Assembly: GCF_963921235.1 (NCBI RefSeq)
Contig: NC_086109.1
Coordinates: forward strand, 20,462,001-20,526,000
Source of the DNA: Mobula hypostoma
Taxonomy: Eukaryota
DNA length: 64,000 nucleotides
Direction: 5' to 3'
Below are positions 35,105 to 47,758 of the stretch, one piece after another. A model generated the notes under the pieces. The model had not been told where the DNA came from. It ran no database searches and saw only the letters and a list, made by a program, of their open reading frames with translations. The position numbers were made by a program, and so were the translations under genes. Position 1 is the first letter of the stretch; every line of letters starts with the position of its first letter.

Positions 35105-36318
35105 TGAGTGAAGGAGAGGTTGGTTTGTACGATGGACTGGGCAACATTCACAACTCTCTGCAATTTCTTGTTGTCTTGGTATTCCAGGTTAAAATTGACA
35201 GTCAAGGTGTCATGGGGTACGGGGAGAGAGAGCGGCGAAATTTGGATTACCCTCGATCTCATTGAATGACAGAGGTGGATCAAGGAGTTGACTGGCCTGC
35301 TCTTGGTCCTGTTTCTTATCTTCATATGTTATTATCTGCACACCTAGATCAGAGCATCAGCTAGAAATTACCGGAGCGCTGAAGAATTTGTGTTAGAATT
35401 ATTGAGATCTACACTTCTATCTGCTTGATCGGTTCCATTCACGGCATCTGGCGTGTAACCTTTGTAATTTACTGGTTCTTATGATAAATTGGCACAAGTG
35501 CAAGAATTGGAGTCATTATGTTCACAGGACCACCATGGGGAGCGTTTGGTATATCAAACAATTCCATCAGGTTTTGCAGGCTTTGAATGTAAAGCACCTT
35601 CTCAAGAGTGGCCCACATAGAGGCAACTGATCAATTCAAGTGTTAGATCAAAGATTTTACATCACACAAAAATGCACTCAGCTCCAGATGTTGACTTTCT
35701 CATGTTTAAATTTAAACACATGTTGCTTCAATTTGGAAAATGAGCTTTCAGAAAACATAAAAATGGGAGTCTGTGTGAATATTCAGAAATAGCCAACGAG
35801 TGCACGAGGAAGAACAAAGCACGTTATGAAAAAGAGTCTTTGCTCCCAGCAAACCTAGTCCGCCTACATGTGTCTCCATCCAGGTCTCTGCTCAGGCACT
35901 TTAATAGGTGATATAGGTTCTGGTTGGGAGATTCAAATGGCCAACAGCCAGCAATCCATTTAGTTTATACCCAGTCCTGATTTACTTTCCACACCATTAA
36001 ATCCATTGACAATTTGCTTTTGCGGAAAATTTATCGAACCACACCATCTCAGTTTTACAGTCCAAATCAATTACTTTCCATTAACAACAGTTTCTAAAAT
36101 GTCAACAGTATGGAGGAACCTTTACATCTGCAATCACTGCGATCACTATCCCATTCTCAACTGCTCAACACAACATTAACTACCATCACCTCTTTAGATT
36201 TGATAAAATCCTATTTGTACTTTCTCTTCATGTTACTTGGTTCCAATCTTGAGTTCTTCAATTCTGCCTTCAAGTCATAATTAAATAAAAGTGAAGGGGA
36301 GAGTGTGAGGTTGACCTA

Positions 36319-36855
36319 CACTCAGTGGCCACTTTATTAGGTACACCTGAACACGTGCTCGTTAATGCAAATATCAAATCAGCCAATCATGTGGAAACAA
36401 CTCAATGCTTAAAAGCATTCAGACATGGTCAAGAGGTTCAGTTGTTGTTCAGACCAAATATCAGAATGGGGAAGAAATGCGATTTAAGTGACTTTGACCG
36501 TGGAATGGTTGTCGGTGCCAGATGGGGTGATTTGAGTATCTCAGAAACTGCCGATCTCCTTGGATTTTCCATCCTCAACTGTCTCTAGAGTTTACAGAGA
36601 ATGGTGCAAAAAGACAAATAAAGATGACCAGTGAGCAGCGGTTCTGTGGGTGAAAAAATGGCACGTTAATGAGAGAGGTCGGAGGAGAATGGCCAGGTTG
36701 GTTCAAGCTGACAGAAAGACAACAGAAACTCAAGTAACCATGCATTATAACAGTGGTATGCAGAAGACTATCTCTGGATGCACAAGTCAAACTTTGGAAT
36801 GGATGGGTACAGCTGTAGAAGACCATAGGCTGCCTAATAAGGTGACCGCTGAGTG
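36319..36855 (+). mobile_element. Non-autonomous Tc1-like element with TA TSD
   Basis: TA|CACTCAGTGGCCACTTTATTAGG...CCTAATAAGGTGACCGCTGAGTG|TA; encodes MGKKCDLSDFDRGMVVGARWGDLSISETADLLGFS. Confidence 0.88.
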
Positions 36856-36869
36856 TATGTAAAGGAAGG

Positions 36870-37130
36870 ATGGGGTTCAACTCTCATCCTTCTCTGTAAG
36901 GAGTTCACATGTTCTCCCCATGACTATGTAGGTTTCCTTCGGGTGCTCCAGTTTCCTCCCACATTCTGAAGACGTGCTATGCTGGCACTACAAGCATGGC
37001 GGCACACGCGGACTGCCCCCAGCACATCCTCAGACTGTGTTAGTCGTTGACTTAAATGATGCATTTCACTGTATGTTTCAATGTTTCGACGTACATGTGA
37101 CAAAGAAAGCTAGTCCTTGTTTTATCTTTC
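36870..37130 (+). mobile_element. V-SINE copy
   Basis: V-domain and tail homologous to 357-678 and 50335-50640. Confidence 0.7.
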
Positions 37131-37613
37131 TTTAGTTTATTAAAACAGAACATATGCATGATACTTAGACATAGAAACATTAAATAGAGGCAAGAACAGG
37201 AAATTTGGTCCTTCCGGCCTCTGCCACTCTTTAGTATTATTGTGGCTAATTTCATGCCATATTCTTGTTCTCTCTCCACACCCCTTAATGCCTTTTATGT
37301 CCAGAAATTTATCAATTTCCTTCAGCGATTTGATTTCCGCCACCTTCCATGAGGGAGAAAAATCCATATTGAAGAACTTTCTAAGCATCTTGAGTTAAAG
37401 ATTTCTAGCTCTAGATGCCCAGTTAGAAGAGACATCATCCCCGTATCTAGTATGGCAATCTCTGTCAGAATGGTGTTTTTCCCCATGAGATCTTTTCTCC
37501 CATTCTTCAAAATTCTAGTGATTACAGGCATTGTTGATCTGATCACTCCTCACATGACAATCCTGTCAATCCAGGAATCAACCAGGTGAACAATCATTTC
37601 ACTCCCTCTATGG

Positions 37614-38592
37614 CAAAGGTTCTTAACCTGGAGTCCATGGACACCTAGAGGGTGTGTGGATAGATTCTACGGGGTCCGCGAACTTCCATGGTTTTTCTGT
37701 ATTTCCACAAACTCGAACAGGAAAAAAATTTACATCTTTATTTTCACTAACCTCTAAGTGAAATTTTTGAATTTTCTTCAATTATGAATGTAGGCAACAA
37801 ACCACAGAAGCATTAGCAGCCCCTGTGACTTTGTCAGCAATAGAAACCACAGATACTTTCATATCACATTACAGTTCAAAGGTTCAAAGCTTCATTTTAA
37901 TATCAAAGTATTTACTTGGAATACAACTCTGAGATTCGTCTTCTCCAGATAGCCATGAAATACAGAAAAATCATGGAAGTAGTTAAAAGAAAGGACATCA
38001 ACCCCACCCCCCCACACCAAAAAGAAAAAGAAACAAAACTAGCGAAACCCAAACCCCCAAACCTCCCACGCAAACAAAAACAACAACAGCAAGATCAAAC
38101 AACAGTCGTTACAAATATCTCAAAATATCACTTACGACATGCTCAAGACTACTTCAAAATTATGGTAGTTATTAGTCCCGTCGCTAGATTGAACTCATCA
38201 CAGTCTCTGTCTGCAGACGCTCGTGCAACGTAGCTGGCTAACCGTCAGGCAGCTCTGCAGTTGAATGTCCGACATGATGTGTGCGTCACTTTTTTAAAGA
38301 CCACCCCACAGTTTAAGGTTCTTATTCAAGCAAAGCAACAACAGCCTCCACACTGATATGTCTTTAAAAGATCAATTTTTAAAGTGTATAGTTTTGCCAT
38401 TTAATTTGTTAATAAAGAAGCATATATATGATTCTATCACAAATTAGTTTTTAAAAATATTTTGATAACTGTATTTCAATATAATTGGCTTCTTTTGTAA
38501 CCCTAAGCATTTTACTTTATGTATTTAAATTCATTATTTTGAGATTGTACTGCCAAAGGGGTCCAAGGCATAAAAATGGTTAAGAACCCCTA
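37614..38592. mobile_element. hAT (Charlie-like) non-autonomous element within a CR1 fragment
   Basis: Termini CAAAGGTTCTTAACC...GGTTAAGAACCCCTA; 8-bp TSD ctctatgg/cactatgg; CR1-like sequence continues on both sides. Confidence 0.75.
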
Positions 38593-39095
38593 CACTATGG
38601 CAAGTGTATCCTTCTTAAGTAAGGAGATCAATACTGCACAATATACTTCAAGCATGGTCTCATCGAAATCCAGTATCATTGTAGTCAGGCTTCCTTATTC
38701 ATTTACTCAGACCCTCTTGTGAATGTACAGTATACTAACCATTCATTGTATTGAGACCATTATGACAAAGGGTCTTCAACTTGTCACATTGGCTCTGTTT
38801 CTCTTCCAACAGATGCATCCTGACCCACTGAGTATTTCCAGCCTTTTCTGGTTCATTGTATCCACTATGTCATTTGCCTTCTTAACTTTCTGTTGCAAAT
38901 TCATGTTTCCTTTCATTACTGGTATAGGACATTCAGATTCCTTTATATCTGCCACCATTTAAGTAATACTGTGCCTTGTTTATACTTCCTGCCAAAGTGA
39001 GAAATTTCACATTTATGTATATTATACTGCATTAGTCAAGTATTTGCCCATTCACTGAAGTTCAAGATTAATTGTTATTCAACCATACATGAATA

Positions 39096-39293
39096 TGCCA
39101 GCTGGTGGTGTAGTGGCATCCTCACTGGACTTCAAGGCGAGTGGTCTTGGGTTCAAATCTGGCCGTCACCTTGCACGCTTTCTGTCCTGCTGGGTTGAGT
39201 TCAAGCTAGCAACTCAGCCTCATCAAAAACAGACAAAAACTGCTAAAGGAACGTCGAGGTTACTGCCTGAGGTGCCACAGGGTGTGGAAAGGA
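39096..39293 (+). mobile_element. tRNA-derived SINE with RTE-like body
   Basis: A box tggtgtagtgg, B box ggttcaaatct, TSD acatgaata. Second copy at ~56820-57022. Confidence 0.75.
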
Positions 39294-40529
39294 ACATGAA
39301 TACCCATGAATACAGCCAAATGAAACAGCATTTGTACAGACCAAAGGTGCAAAACACATTACCAACAGTCAGACATAGCATAAGGCACATATGGCACATA
39401 TAAGAGAGCAGTAAACATACAGAGCAGAAAAGAAGTTGTCTAAATCACCTTGAAGCTCCCCAATCCTACGTGCATTAACTTCTTAATGTGGGCCCTTTAT
39501 TAAGGGCCTCTTGAAAATGTAAAAACACCATTTCCATTGTTTTCTCTGTTTCTGTTCTTTCAGTTACACCCTCAAAAATCACCAGCAGGTCGTATTTCAT
39601 AAATCCACATCAATTTTGTCTAACCCATTTGATATTTGCTTGGTATTAGGCTCCTGAACCACCCCTACATAGAACTGCTTCCACAACACATGGACTCATT
39701 TTCACAGACTCTACAAATCACGTTCTCAATATTTATTATTTATTCTTTTTTAACTTTTTTTATGCCATGGGCCCCTACCATTAACCAAGGGGTCCATGGG
39801 CCCCAGATTGGGAACCCCTGTTTAGGAGGTATGATTAGGAAGAATGTCAATGTGAAAGTGTTGACATAATTAAATGAACAATTTATGAGACACAAAAGGA
39901 TATTTGGAATGGAGGTACTGTAGAATGAGGGAGGATTAGTTATGGGAGAAATAGCCTTTCTTGATCCTCCAATGTCATATACTTTCGTGTTCTGATTACA
40001 TTTAGATCCCAGCGAAATGTTTTACTAAGTACTATTCAGCCTTGACTAATTGCCAATGATGTTTTTATGGATTGATGTTTAACAGAAAGTTTGCCATCCA
40101 TATCAATGTTCAGTTATGCCCATACTGAAGAGCTTATGAAGCGTGGATACCGCAGGTCTACAGCACAGTATATTAACCTCAATGTTCTCTGCCTGTTTCT
40201 GTATCAGTAATAAGACTCTTGCTTGGAATTACGGGGACTCAAGTATCCCCTCTCAAAAACTGGAGACAAATCCTGACCAACGGCAGTAACTAAAGAGCTG
40301 CCTTTTTCAGTCATTGAACAGCTATCACATCTGTCCTCTCAGGTGAGAGTAAACAATCCCACAGAACTATTTCAAAGTAGGTCAGTCCAGTTATCTATGG
40401 TGTCGTATCCCTCGGCTAAATTTAGTAGAGTAAATTGCCTGGTCATTATCAAACTGCTGCTTGTGGGCACTTGCAGTGCTAAATCAGGACCACAATTCCC
40501 TACATAACAATACAGACTATTTAACTGAC

Positions 40530-41640
40530 TATTACCTCAACACGGGCTGCGTACTGAGCCCATTGCTCACACATGACTGCTCGGCCAAACACCCAAGCAA
40601 ACACATCGTCAAGTTCGCCAATGACGTGACAGTGGTGGGACACATCACCAACAATTTTGAGACAGCCCACATACAGATGAGTTGGAAGAGCTTGTGCCAG
40701 GCAAATCGTCGTGGCTATCCCTCGAGGTCATGGATGATGGTCTTCATTCTGTTACAGAATGTGCGTGTATTTGTTTAACGTGTACTTGATGTTGCACTCC
40801 AAGAAGCACACGATACTTCACAAATCAACCAACTGATTCCAATGGCATGGAAACCATGACGACTGGAGCTGATGGATTTGTTGCAGCCTTTGTACGCCTT
40901 CACAGCCATTGAGTTCGAAGTAACTTCATCAGCCTGTTCCACCATTGAGGTCTTGGTTGGATTGTTCTTTGTCAGGGACGTCACCCTCGATCTTACCGCC
41001 ATGGGTGACACTACCAGGAGCACAGCTCCAGATGGCATCGCTCTCGGGATCTCAGGACCATACAAGCCCCTCCACCACGACAAGATGACAATCCATGGAG
41101 AAGCCAGGCAAATAACCTCTTCCTTAATGTCAACATGACAAAGGAGATAGTTATAGACATCAGGAGAACTCACCCCCAGTTACATTGGGGCAACAGCTGT
41201 TTCAAACTGCTTGGAGTGCACATCATGCATAATCTTTCATAGTCTCAGAACACCGTCAAGAAGGCTCACCAACACCTCTACTTTCTGAGGAGGCTGAAGC
41301 GAACTGAATCCATACTCACGTCATTCTACAGGTGCATACTAGAGAGCATCCCAACATGCTCATTACTGCTTGGTATGGAAACTGCACTGTAGCAGACAGG
41401 AAGGCTCTACAATGGGTAGTCAAAACTGTCCAATGCATCACAGGCAATGACCTACCTACCATCAAAGACATATGTACATAAAGGTTCTGGAAAAGGGCCA
41501 GTAACATCATGAAGGATCCCTCCCACCCTGTTCATGGACTGTTTCTTCCACTCACACCAGGGCCATCAGACTCAAAAACAGTTACTTTTCCAAGCACTAA
41601 GAATGATCAACACCTCCACCCACTAACTCCACCATGACTT
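40530..41640 (+). mobile_element. Rex1/Babar LINE RT fragment interrupted by an RTE-related element
   Basis: GCVLSPLLTHDCSAKHPSKHIVKFANDVTVVGHI (degenerate FADD); the sequence resumes after 41113. Confidence 0.78.
40707..41102 (-). mobile_element. Non-autonomous RTE-related element
   Basis: 11-bp TSD gccaggcaaat at 40696-40706 and 41103-41113. Minus 5' end cttgtcgtggtggaggggcttgt is RTE 5'-like. Confidence 0.72.
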
Positions 41641-41889
41641 TATTATTTCCCATCATTTTTATCAATTCCTAGGAACTTTCGCACTATTCTAGTGGTGGCT
41701 GGTATTGCAGCTTTCTGAAGATTTCCATAAATAATGCTGTGTAGGCCTAATCATTTAAAGTAATTGTGTAGTGACTTTGGGGCGATACCTGTTGTAGATA
41801 TTACCAGTGGGACAGTCTATATACCCTGTTCATGTTCCATGGTCATTCCATTTCCTCTTTTAACTCAGCATATTTCTAGTGCTTTTCAC

Positions 41890-42468
41890 CAACACAGAGG
41901 CTGTGTACAAGGGCCAGAGTTGGCTCTACTTCCTGAGGAGAGTGGAGTCCTTTGGAGCCTCTCCTTCACAGGTTCTACCAGTCTGTTGTTGCCAGTACAA
42001 TCGTCTCTGCGTTGGTGTGCTGGGGCAATGGCATAACATGGGTGATGCCAGCAGGCTTAATAAACTGATTAGAATGGCTGGCTCTGTTATAGGAGTCAAA
42101 CTGGGCTCACTGGAGGCTGTGGTAGAACAAAGGACCCTATAGAAAATCCTGGGAATTCTGGACAATGTTTCTCACCCTCTGCATGCCACCTTGGCTGAAC
42201 AAAGGAGCACTTTTAGTAATAGTCTAAGACAACTGTGCTGTTCCAAAGAGTGCTATATGAGGTCATTCTTACCTTTGGCAATTAGGCTCTATAATGAGTC
42301 AACCTATAACAGGGGAAGCGAAGACCCCTTCCTGTTAAACTGTTTGAGATAACTTATTTTTTTATTCTTTCTATTTCTCTTCTAATATTTATATCTGCAC
42401 TTGTAATGCTACTGTGTCACTGTAATTTCCTTTGGGTTCGATAAAGTATCTACCTATCTATCTATCTA
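41890..42468 (+). mobile_element. Rex1-type LINE 3' end with (CTAT)n tail
   Basis: YKGQSWLYFLRR...RLNKLIRMAGSVIGVKL..LEAVVEQR; tail ctacctatctatctatct. Confidence 0.75.
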
Positions 42469-42469
42469 C

Positions 42470-43610
42470 GTCTCTCAGGATGAGGTTTTCATTCTACAAC
42501 AAATGAGATGTCCTCCTTTTTCAAAGAAAGGGGCTTCCCTTCCTCCACCATCAATGCTGCCCTCAACCACATCTCTTCCATTTCATGCACGTCTGCTCTT
42601 ACCCCATCCTCCTGCCACTTTACCAGGGATAGGGTTCCTCTTGTCCTCACCTACTACCCCACCAGCCTCCGTGTCTAGCACATAATTCTCTGAAACTTCC
42701 ATTGCCTCCAACTGGATCCCACCACTAAACACACCTTTCTCTCCCTCCACCTCCCCCCACTTCTGCTTTCCACAGGGATCACTCCCTATGCCACTCCCTT
42801 GTCCATTCGTCCCTCCCTACAGATTTCCCTCCTGGCACTTATCCATGCAAGCAGAACGAGTACCACACCTCCTCCCTCACTACCATTTACAGCCCCATCA
42901 CTCCTTCCATGTGAGGTGAGATTTCACCTGAGTCTGTTGGGATCATATACTGTGCCCGGTGCTCCCAGTATGGTCTCCTGTATATTGGTGATACCGAGCG
43001 AAGATTGGCGGACTGCTTCGCCACACATCAATGCTCCGTCCACCAAAACAAGCAGGATCTCCCAGTGGCCACCCATTTTAATTCCACTTCTCATTCCCAT
43101 TCCGATATGTCCATCCATGGCCTTCTCCACTGTCGGGATATGGCCACCCTTAGGTTGGAGGAACACCACTTTATATTTCGTTTGGGTAGCCTCCAATCTG
43201 ATGGCTTCAAACTTCCAGTAATACCTCCCCATCCTTCACCATTTCTCATCCCCTTGTCCCTCTCTCATGTTATTTCCTTGCCCACCCATCACCTCCCTCT
43301 GGTGCTCAGTCCCAACCCCCCCCCCCACTTATTCTTTCTTCCATGGCCTTCTGTCTCTTTCACCAATCAACTTCCTTATCTCTTTGCTTCATTCCTCCCC
43401 CTATATTTCACCTGTCACCTGGCATTTCTCTCTCCCATCTCCCCACCTTTCAAATCTACACCTCAGCTTTTTTTCTCCAGTCCTGCCCAGGAGTTTCAGC
43501 CTGAAACTTCAGCTGTATTTTTTTCCCGTAGATGCTGCCTGGCCTCTGAGTTCCTCCAGTATTTTGTGTGAGTTGTTCAGACTTCCAGCATCCTCAGATT
43601 TTCTCTTGCT
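42470..43610 (+). mobile_element. Penelope-like element 3' part (GIY-YIG), second copy
   Basis: Colinear with 29480-30657; KQDLPVATHFNSTSHSHSDMSIHGLLHC...RLEEHHFIFRLGSLQ; decayed hammerhead at ~43478-43515. Confidence 0.85.
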
Positions 43611-43649
43611 GTCTATCTTACTCATTTCTGAATGTTGTGTGTGTTTGGA

Positions 43650-44215
43650 ATAGATGCATTTTGTTTATCCTTTAATATTTTATCTGGATGGTTATTACGG
43701 ATTGTCCTAATTGTAATAATAGATCAGTCGTAATATAATTTGTGGGACTTGGACTCTAAAACTGGATTGGGCTTATATTTATAGTAAGGTATGGTGTGTT
43801 TTATGAGTTTTGTATTTTAAAGCAAGATATGGAGAATGATCTTTGCCACTTGATTGTGCCTGTATAAGTAATCAGATTGTGTTAAACTGCTACAGGATCC
43901 TGTAATGTGTTGGATTGTTTCTGGTTTCTCTTGGTATTTTTTGCATTTATATTCTTGAATTTGTTCGTCTTCTATTATGTATTTTGGATTATTTTTTGTG
44001 TTAGCCACCTGGTCCTGTATTGTCACTAGGAACCCTTCTGCTTCTGCAGAGGTCTCCAACTCTGAGCCAGTCGTTCGATGCGTCCTTGTCGACATGTAGT
44101 CTGCTCAGATCGTGGAGATGTCTTCCATGGAGGGTCATGTTCTTCCATTAGTTAACTTTTTCTTCTTTGGTGACATATACTTCACTAAAATTCTTTTCTG
44201 GGTTGTGCTTTCACT
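43650..44215 (-). mobile_element. R4/Dong-like LINE C-terminal (zinc-finger region) fragment
   Basis: AEGFLVTIQDQVANTKN...KCKKYQEKPETIQHITGSCSSLTQSDYLYRHNQVAKII is the degenerate CCHC + RHN motif of restriction-like endonuclease (RLE) LINEs. Confidence 0.75.
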
Positions 44216-44662
44216 TTAGTTTAGTGCTCTGTACTTCTTATCAAGAATTCCAAATGCTTGCATGGAGTGCTGGATCCTGTTTTAGTTGATGAAAATATAT
44301 CCTTAAAAGTTTTAAGTTGCATAAATTTATTATTATTACTATTGTTTTTATTTGCACAGCTTGTCTTCTGTTGCACAAAGATTGTCAGTCTTTGTAGCTT
44401 TTCACTGATTCTATTGTATGTCTTTGTGAATGCCTGCAAGAAAATGAATCTCAGACAGTATATGGAGACATATGCATACCTTGATAATAAAGTCACTTTG
44501 AATTTTGAATAATAAATTTGTACCATACCAATGCAAGCTCTTCTATTTATTATAGAAGTTCTGCAAAAGGGCTGGTTAGTAGTGTGATGCCAGTGCAATA
44601 TATATCGTCTACCTCATTAAGATCTGCCCTCTAACCACCTCATCTCCACTGTCGTTTTCCAG

Positions 44663-44892
44663 GGTCTCTGGGCACGGCTGGGCGAGTGTGCAACAAGTCC
44701 TCCCGCGGCATGGACGGCTGCGAGGTGATGTGCTGCGGCCGGGGCTACGACACGACGCGGGTCGCACGCGTTACCAAGTGCGAGTGCAAGTTCCACTGGT
44801 GCTGTGCGGTCAAGTGCAAGGAATGCCAGGAGACGGTCGACTTCCACACCTGCAAAGCGCCGAAACGCGCCGAGTGGCTGGACCAGACCTGA
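44663..44892 (+). CDS. wnt2b: Wnt-2b terminal coding exon (exon 5 equivalent) including TGA stop
   Basis: ttttccAG acceptor at 44661-44662. Translates as (G)[75 protein letters not shown]. The C-terminus AEWLDQT matches WNT2B rather than WNT2. Confidence 0.96.
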
Positions 44893-46740
44893 TCGCAGCG
44901 AGCAGCGCCGCCTCTGCGATGCGTGGAAGCGCGTGGCGTTTTGGGAGTTGTAGTTTAGCTGCATGGCTTGTCATTTTTTTCCTTAATACTCTGCAAACAA
45001 AGCACCAAGGTGGACTACACCTCCCAGGGGACCATTTCGAAACCATTGGACATGTTCAGTAAATCTCCGCATATTCCTTATCAATGGGGGGAATGGCAGT
45101 CTAAGAGTAAATCCGATACAATTTGCGATGTACTATTTTAAGTCGAACGGTGCAACTGCCATTGAATGAGAGACTTTATAAAGTGAAGAACGTGGCCTCT
45201 ATAGCTGTCGTAATGAGGACCGCTCTGTAGCATCCGCTGCATGCGACTAATATCTCCAGTCTGGTATTTCTTATTTTTTATTATTGGTATGTCAATGCCT
45301 TATTATTAAGTGGACAAGCTGCTGACTGCTCCTTAAGATTATTCAGAGGGATGTGAAGCTGTACCAGAAAACAAGGGCCTGCACTTTCTAAAGGCAGTTG
45401 TATAACTGTATTGACAAGACAACCTGCACTATGGACTTTAGCTACGTGGGGATAGCAGAGAGTGGGTGTGAGAGACAGCGGGAGAGAAAGAGACTTACTG
45501 GGATATGACTATCTGTTGATTTGAATTCGCGTCAGGAGCTACAGCCTTCAACTGTAAAGGGATGTCTGTGAAGACATTAGGGAATAAGGTTCAGCTCTGG
45601 CTTGCTGCTGCTGGTTTCATTAGTGCAAACTCACCTGTACTTTTTTATGGTTAAATATTTTATAAAATATTGTTATAATTCTTACACTGCTACCGGTATG
45701 TTAATGTTTGGCAGACTCCAAATGCTGTTTCTGCAGTCTAAGTTGATGCAAAAAGTTGCATAATACACTGTACTGTACTTTTCAATCACCCCACCTAAGT
45801 ATCTTGTTTGTAATTCCACCAAGAAATGTTTTTTTCTAATTAAAATGAGAGAAAAAAAATTGGGATGGACCCCATGTTCTGATTATTTTAAAGTGCTGTG
45901 ACCCCCTTGTAGGTTAGTCAAGGGAATGAACTTTAAAACCGAGTGAACCTCATGAGTGAAATAACAAAGCACATTTACACAGAATGACTATTGAAAACCT
46001 GGAACCTTTTTCCCCCAGTAGTAGCCAGTAACCATTTGGCTGGAGTGATGGATCAGGAAGGAGATGCTAACTTCATTCCCACCAAAAAAAAACCTTAATA
46101 TTGTTCAAGACACAGGCTTCTAGAGAATGGCTGGAAGTACACAGGATTATTATTATTGTTATCTAATCATTTTTATTTTCAAACTAAATATGTAATAGCA
46201 AATCTGGTTTCTCATAAAGAGGTCAGCAAGTACCATTAACTTGCCTTAAGCATTGCTGTTGCCTGTTTCTTTCTTGCATTTCTGTATAAATTTCAAGTTT
46301 GGTGCTTTATTGTGTATATATTCTGTATAAAATTGGAGCTGTGCATTTAATGGGTTCTGTCTTTGGATGAAGCTCCTAAAAGAGATCTTGGGGTGAAATG
46401 GTTTAATTAAAGGATTCGGAATCGGAATAATACTCTTCTCTGGTAGTGTTAGGTAGGTGGCCCACTCCAAAGGTTCGTTGGAATGACCATACCAACCTTG
46501 GAAAGTAAGCCCAGCTTTTACACCACTGACATTCTGATTCAGAGGGCACTGCTGCTGAGGTAATGCATCTTTTTGAAGTACAAGTCCACTGCCATGAACT
46601 TGGGCCTGCTCCTATATCATTTCATGATCGCACGTCGAGGAGGTTTCCATTCCACTGGTGGGAGGCTGGATGTAAGTGATAGTGCTGGTGTGAACTTACC
46701 AAGTCTAAACACAATACGGGACCTATTAAATAAACAGCTC
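44893..46740 (+). other. wnt2b: Putative wnt2b 3' UTR (end uncertain)
   Basis: Follows the stop codon and lacks recognisable transposon fragments for ~1.5 kb. ATTAAA at 45839-45844, Pumilio-type TGTATATA at 46313-46320, first AATAAA at 46729-46734. Confidence 0.55.
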
Positions 46741-47451
46741 CCCTCAATATAGAATCTGACTCTTGTGTACTGATTTAAACCTGACACAGGGTGACAAGGA
46801 TTTTTGCTGACGATGAACAATATAGTTACTCTCTCCGATGGTAATTGACCCAAACATTGTCCCTATAATGCTACATAAAAATGTTAGTGCGTTGCCAGAG
46901 AAAGAGTGATCGCAGAGTGACTACAATTGAGAGGGTTCAATGTCAGGAAGGATTGGATAAATGGAGAGCATCATGTCACTGGAAGAGAGATGATTAAGCT
47001 TGGTACTGATAAACTCTTTAACATACCAGAGATGTTCAAAGTAAATTTACTCTACTACCTTGAGATTCATTTTCTTGCAGGCATTTACAGGATAAAAAGA
47101 AATACAATAGAATTTATGAAAAAGTTTTCATAAATAAAAGATGATAAACAACCGTTGTGCAAAAGAAGACAAATGTGCAAATAATAAATTAAAAAATACT
47201 GGGAAACATGAGTTGTGGAGCCCTTGAAAGTGAGCCCATTGGTTGTGGAATCAGTGCAGTGTTGGAGTGAGTGAAGTTATCCACTTTGGTTCAGGAGCCA
47301 ATGTCGAGCAAATATCAAATGGACTAGACAAAATTGACATAGATTTATGAAATATGACCTGGTGATTTTTGAAGATGTAACTGGAAGAACCCATACCGAA
47401 AAACTAGTGCATATGGTGTTTTTTAAGAGGCCCATGATAAAGTTCCACATA

Positions 47452-47758
47452 GTAAAGGCATCCGTTTGTCTTGTGAGACCATGGATCTGCGCCTGAAAAG
47501 TCCTCACTCTCCAGGGCGCAGGCCTGGGCAAGGTTGTATGGAAGACCAGCAGTTGCCCATGCTACAAGTCTCCCCTCTCCACGACACCGATGTTGTCCAA
47601 GGGAAGGGCATTAGGACCCATACAGCTTGGCACCAGTGTAGTCACAGAGCAATGTGTGATTAAGTGCCTTGCTCAAGGACACAACACACTGCCTCGGCCG
47701 GGGCTTGAACTCGCAACCTTCAGATCGCTAGTCGAACGCCTTAACCACTTGGCCACGT
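47452..47758 (-). mobile_element. Young tRNA-derived SINE with 22-bp TSD
   Basis: Head (GGGC)ACGTGGCCAAGTGGTTAAGGCGTTCGAC...GAGTTCAAGCC; core gtgtccttgagcaaggcacttaa; perfect direct repeat gcccatgataaagttccacata at 47430-47451 and 47759-47780. Confidence 0.85.

Noticed and set aside
39096..39170. tRNA-like sequences (also ~47690-47760 and 56820-56890)
   Set aside because: SINE heads with TSDs and SINE bodies; no complete cloverleaf.
3977..44892. Assignment as wnt2 instead of wnt2b
   Set aside because: NNRCGRT, KLECKC, DKAAG and the AEWLDQT C-terminus favour wnt2b.
44617..45062. Alternative-frame and antisense ORFs over the terminal exon
   Set aside because: Explained by the high GC content of the Wnt exon.
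47520..47645. Possible HDV-like ribozyme in the SINE body
   Set aside because: I could not fit the complementary segments to the P1/P2/P3/P1.1/P4 nested pseudoknot by eye.
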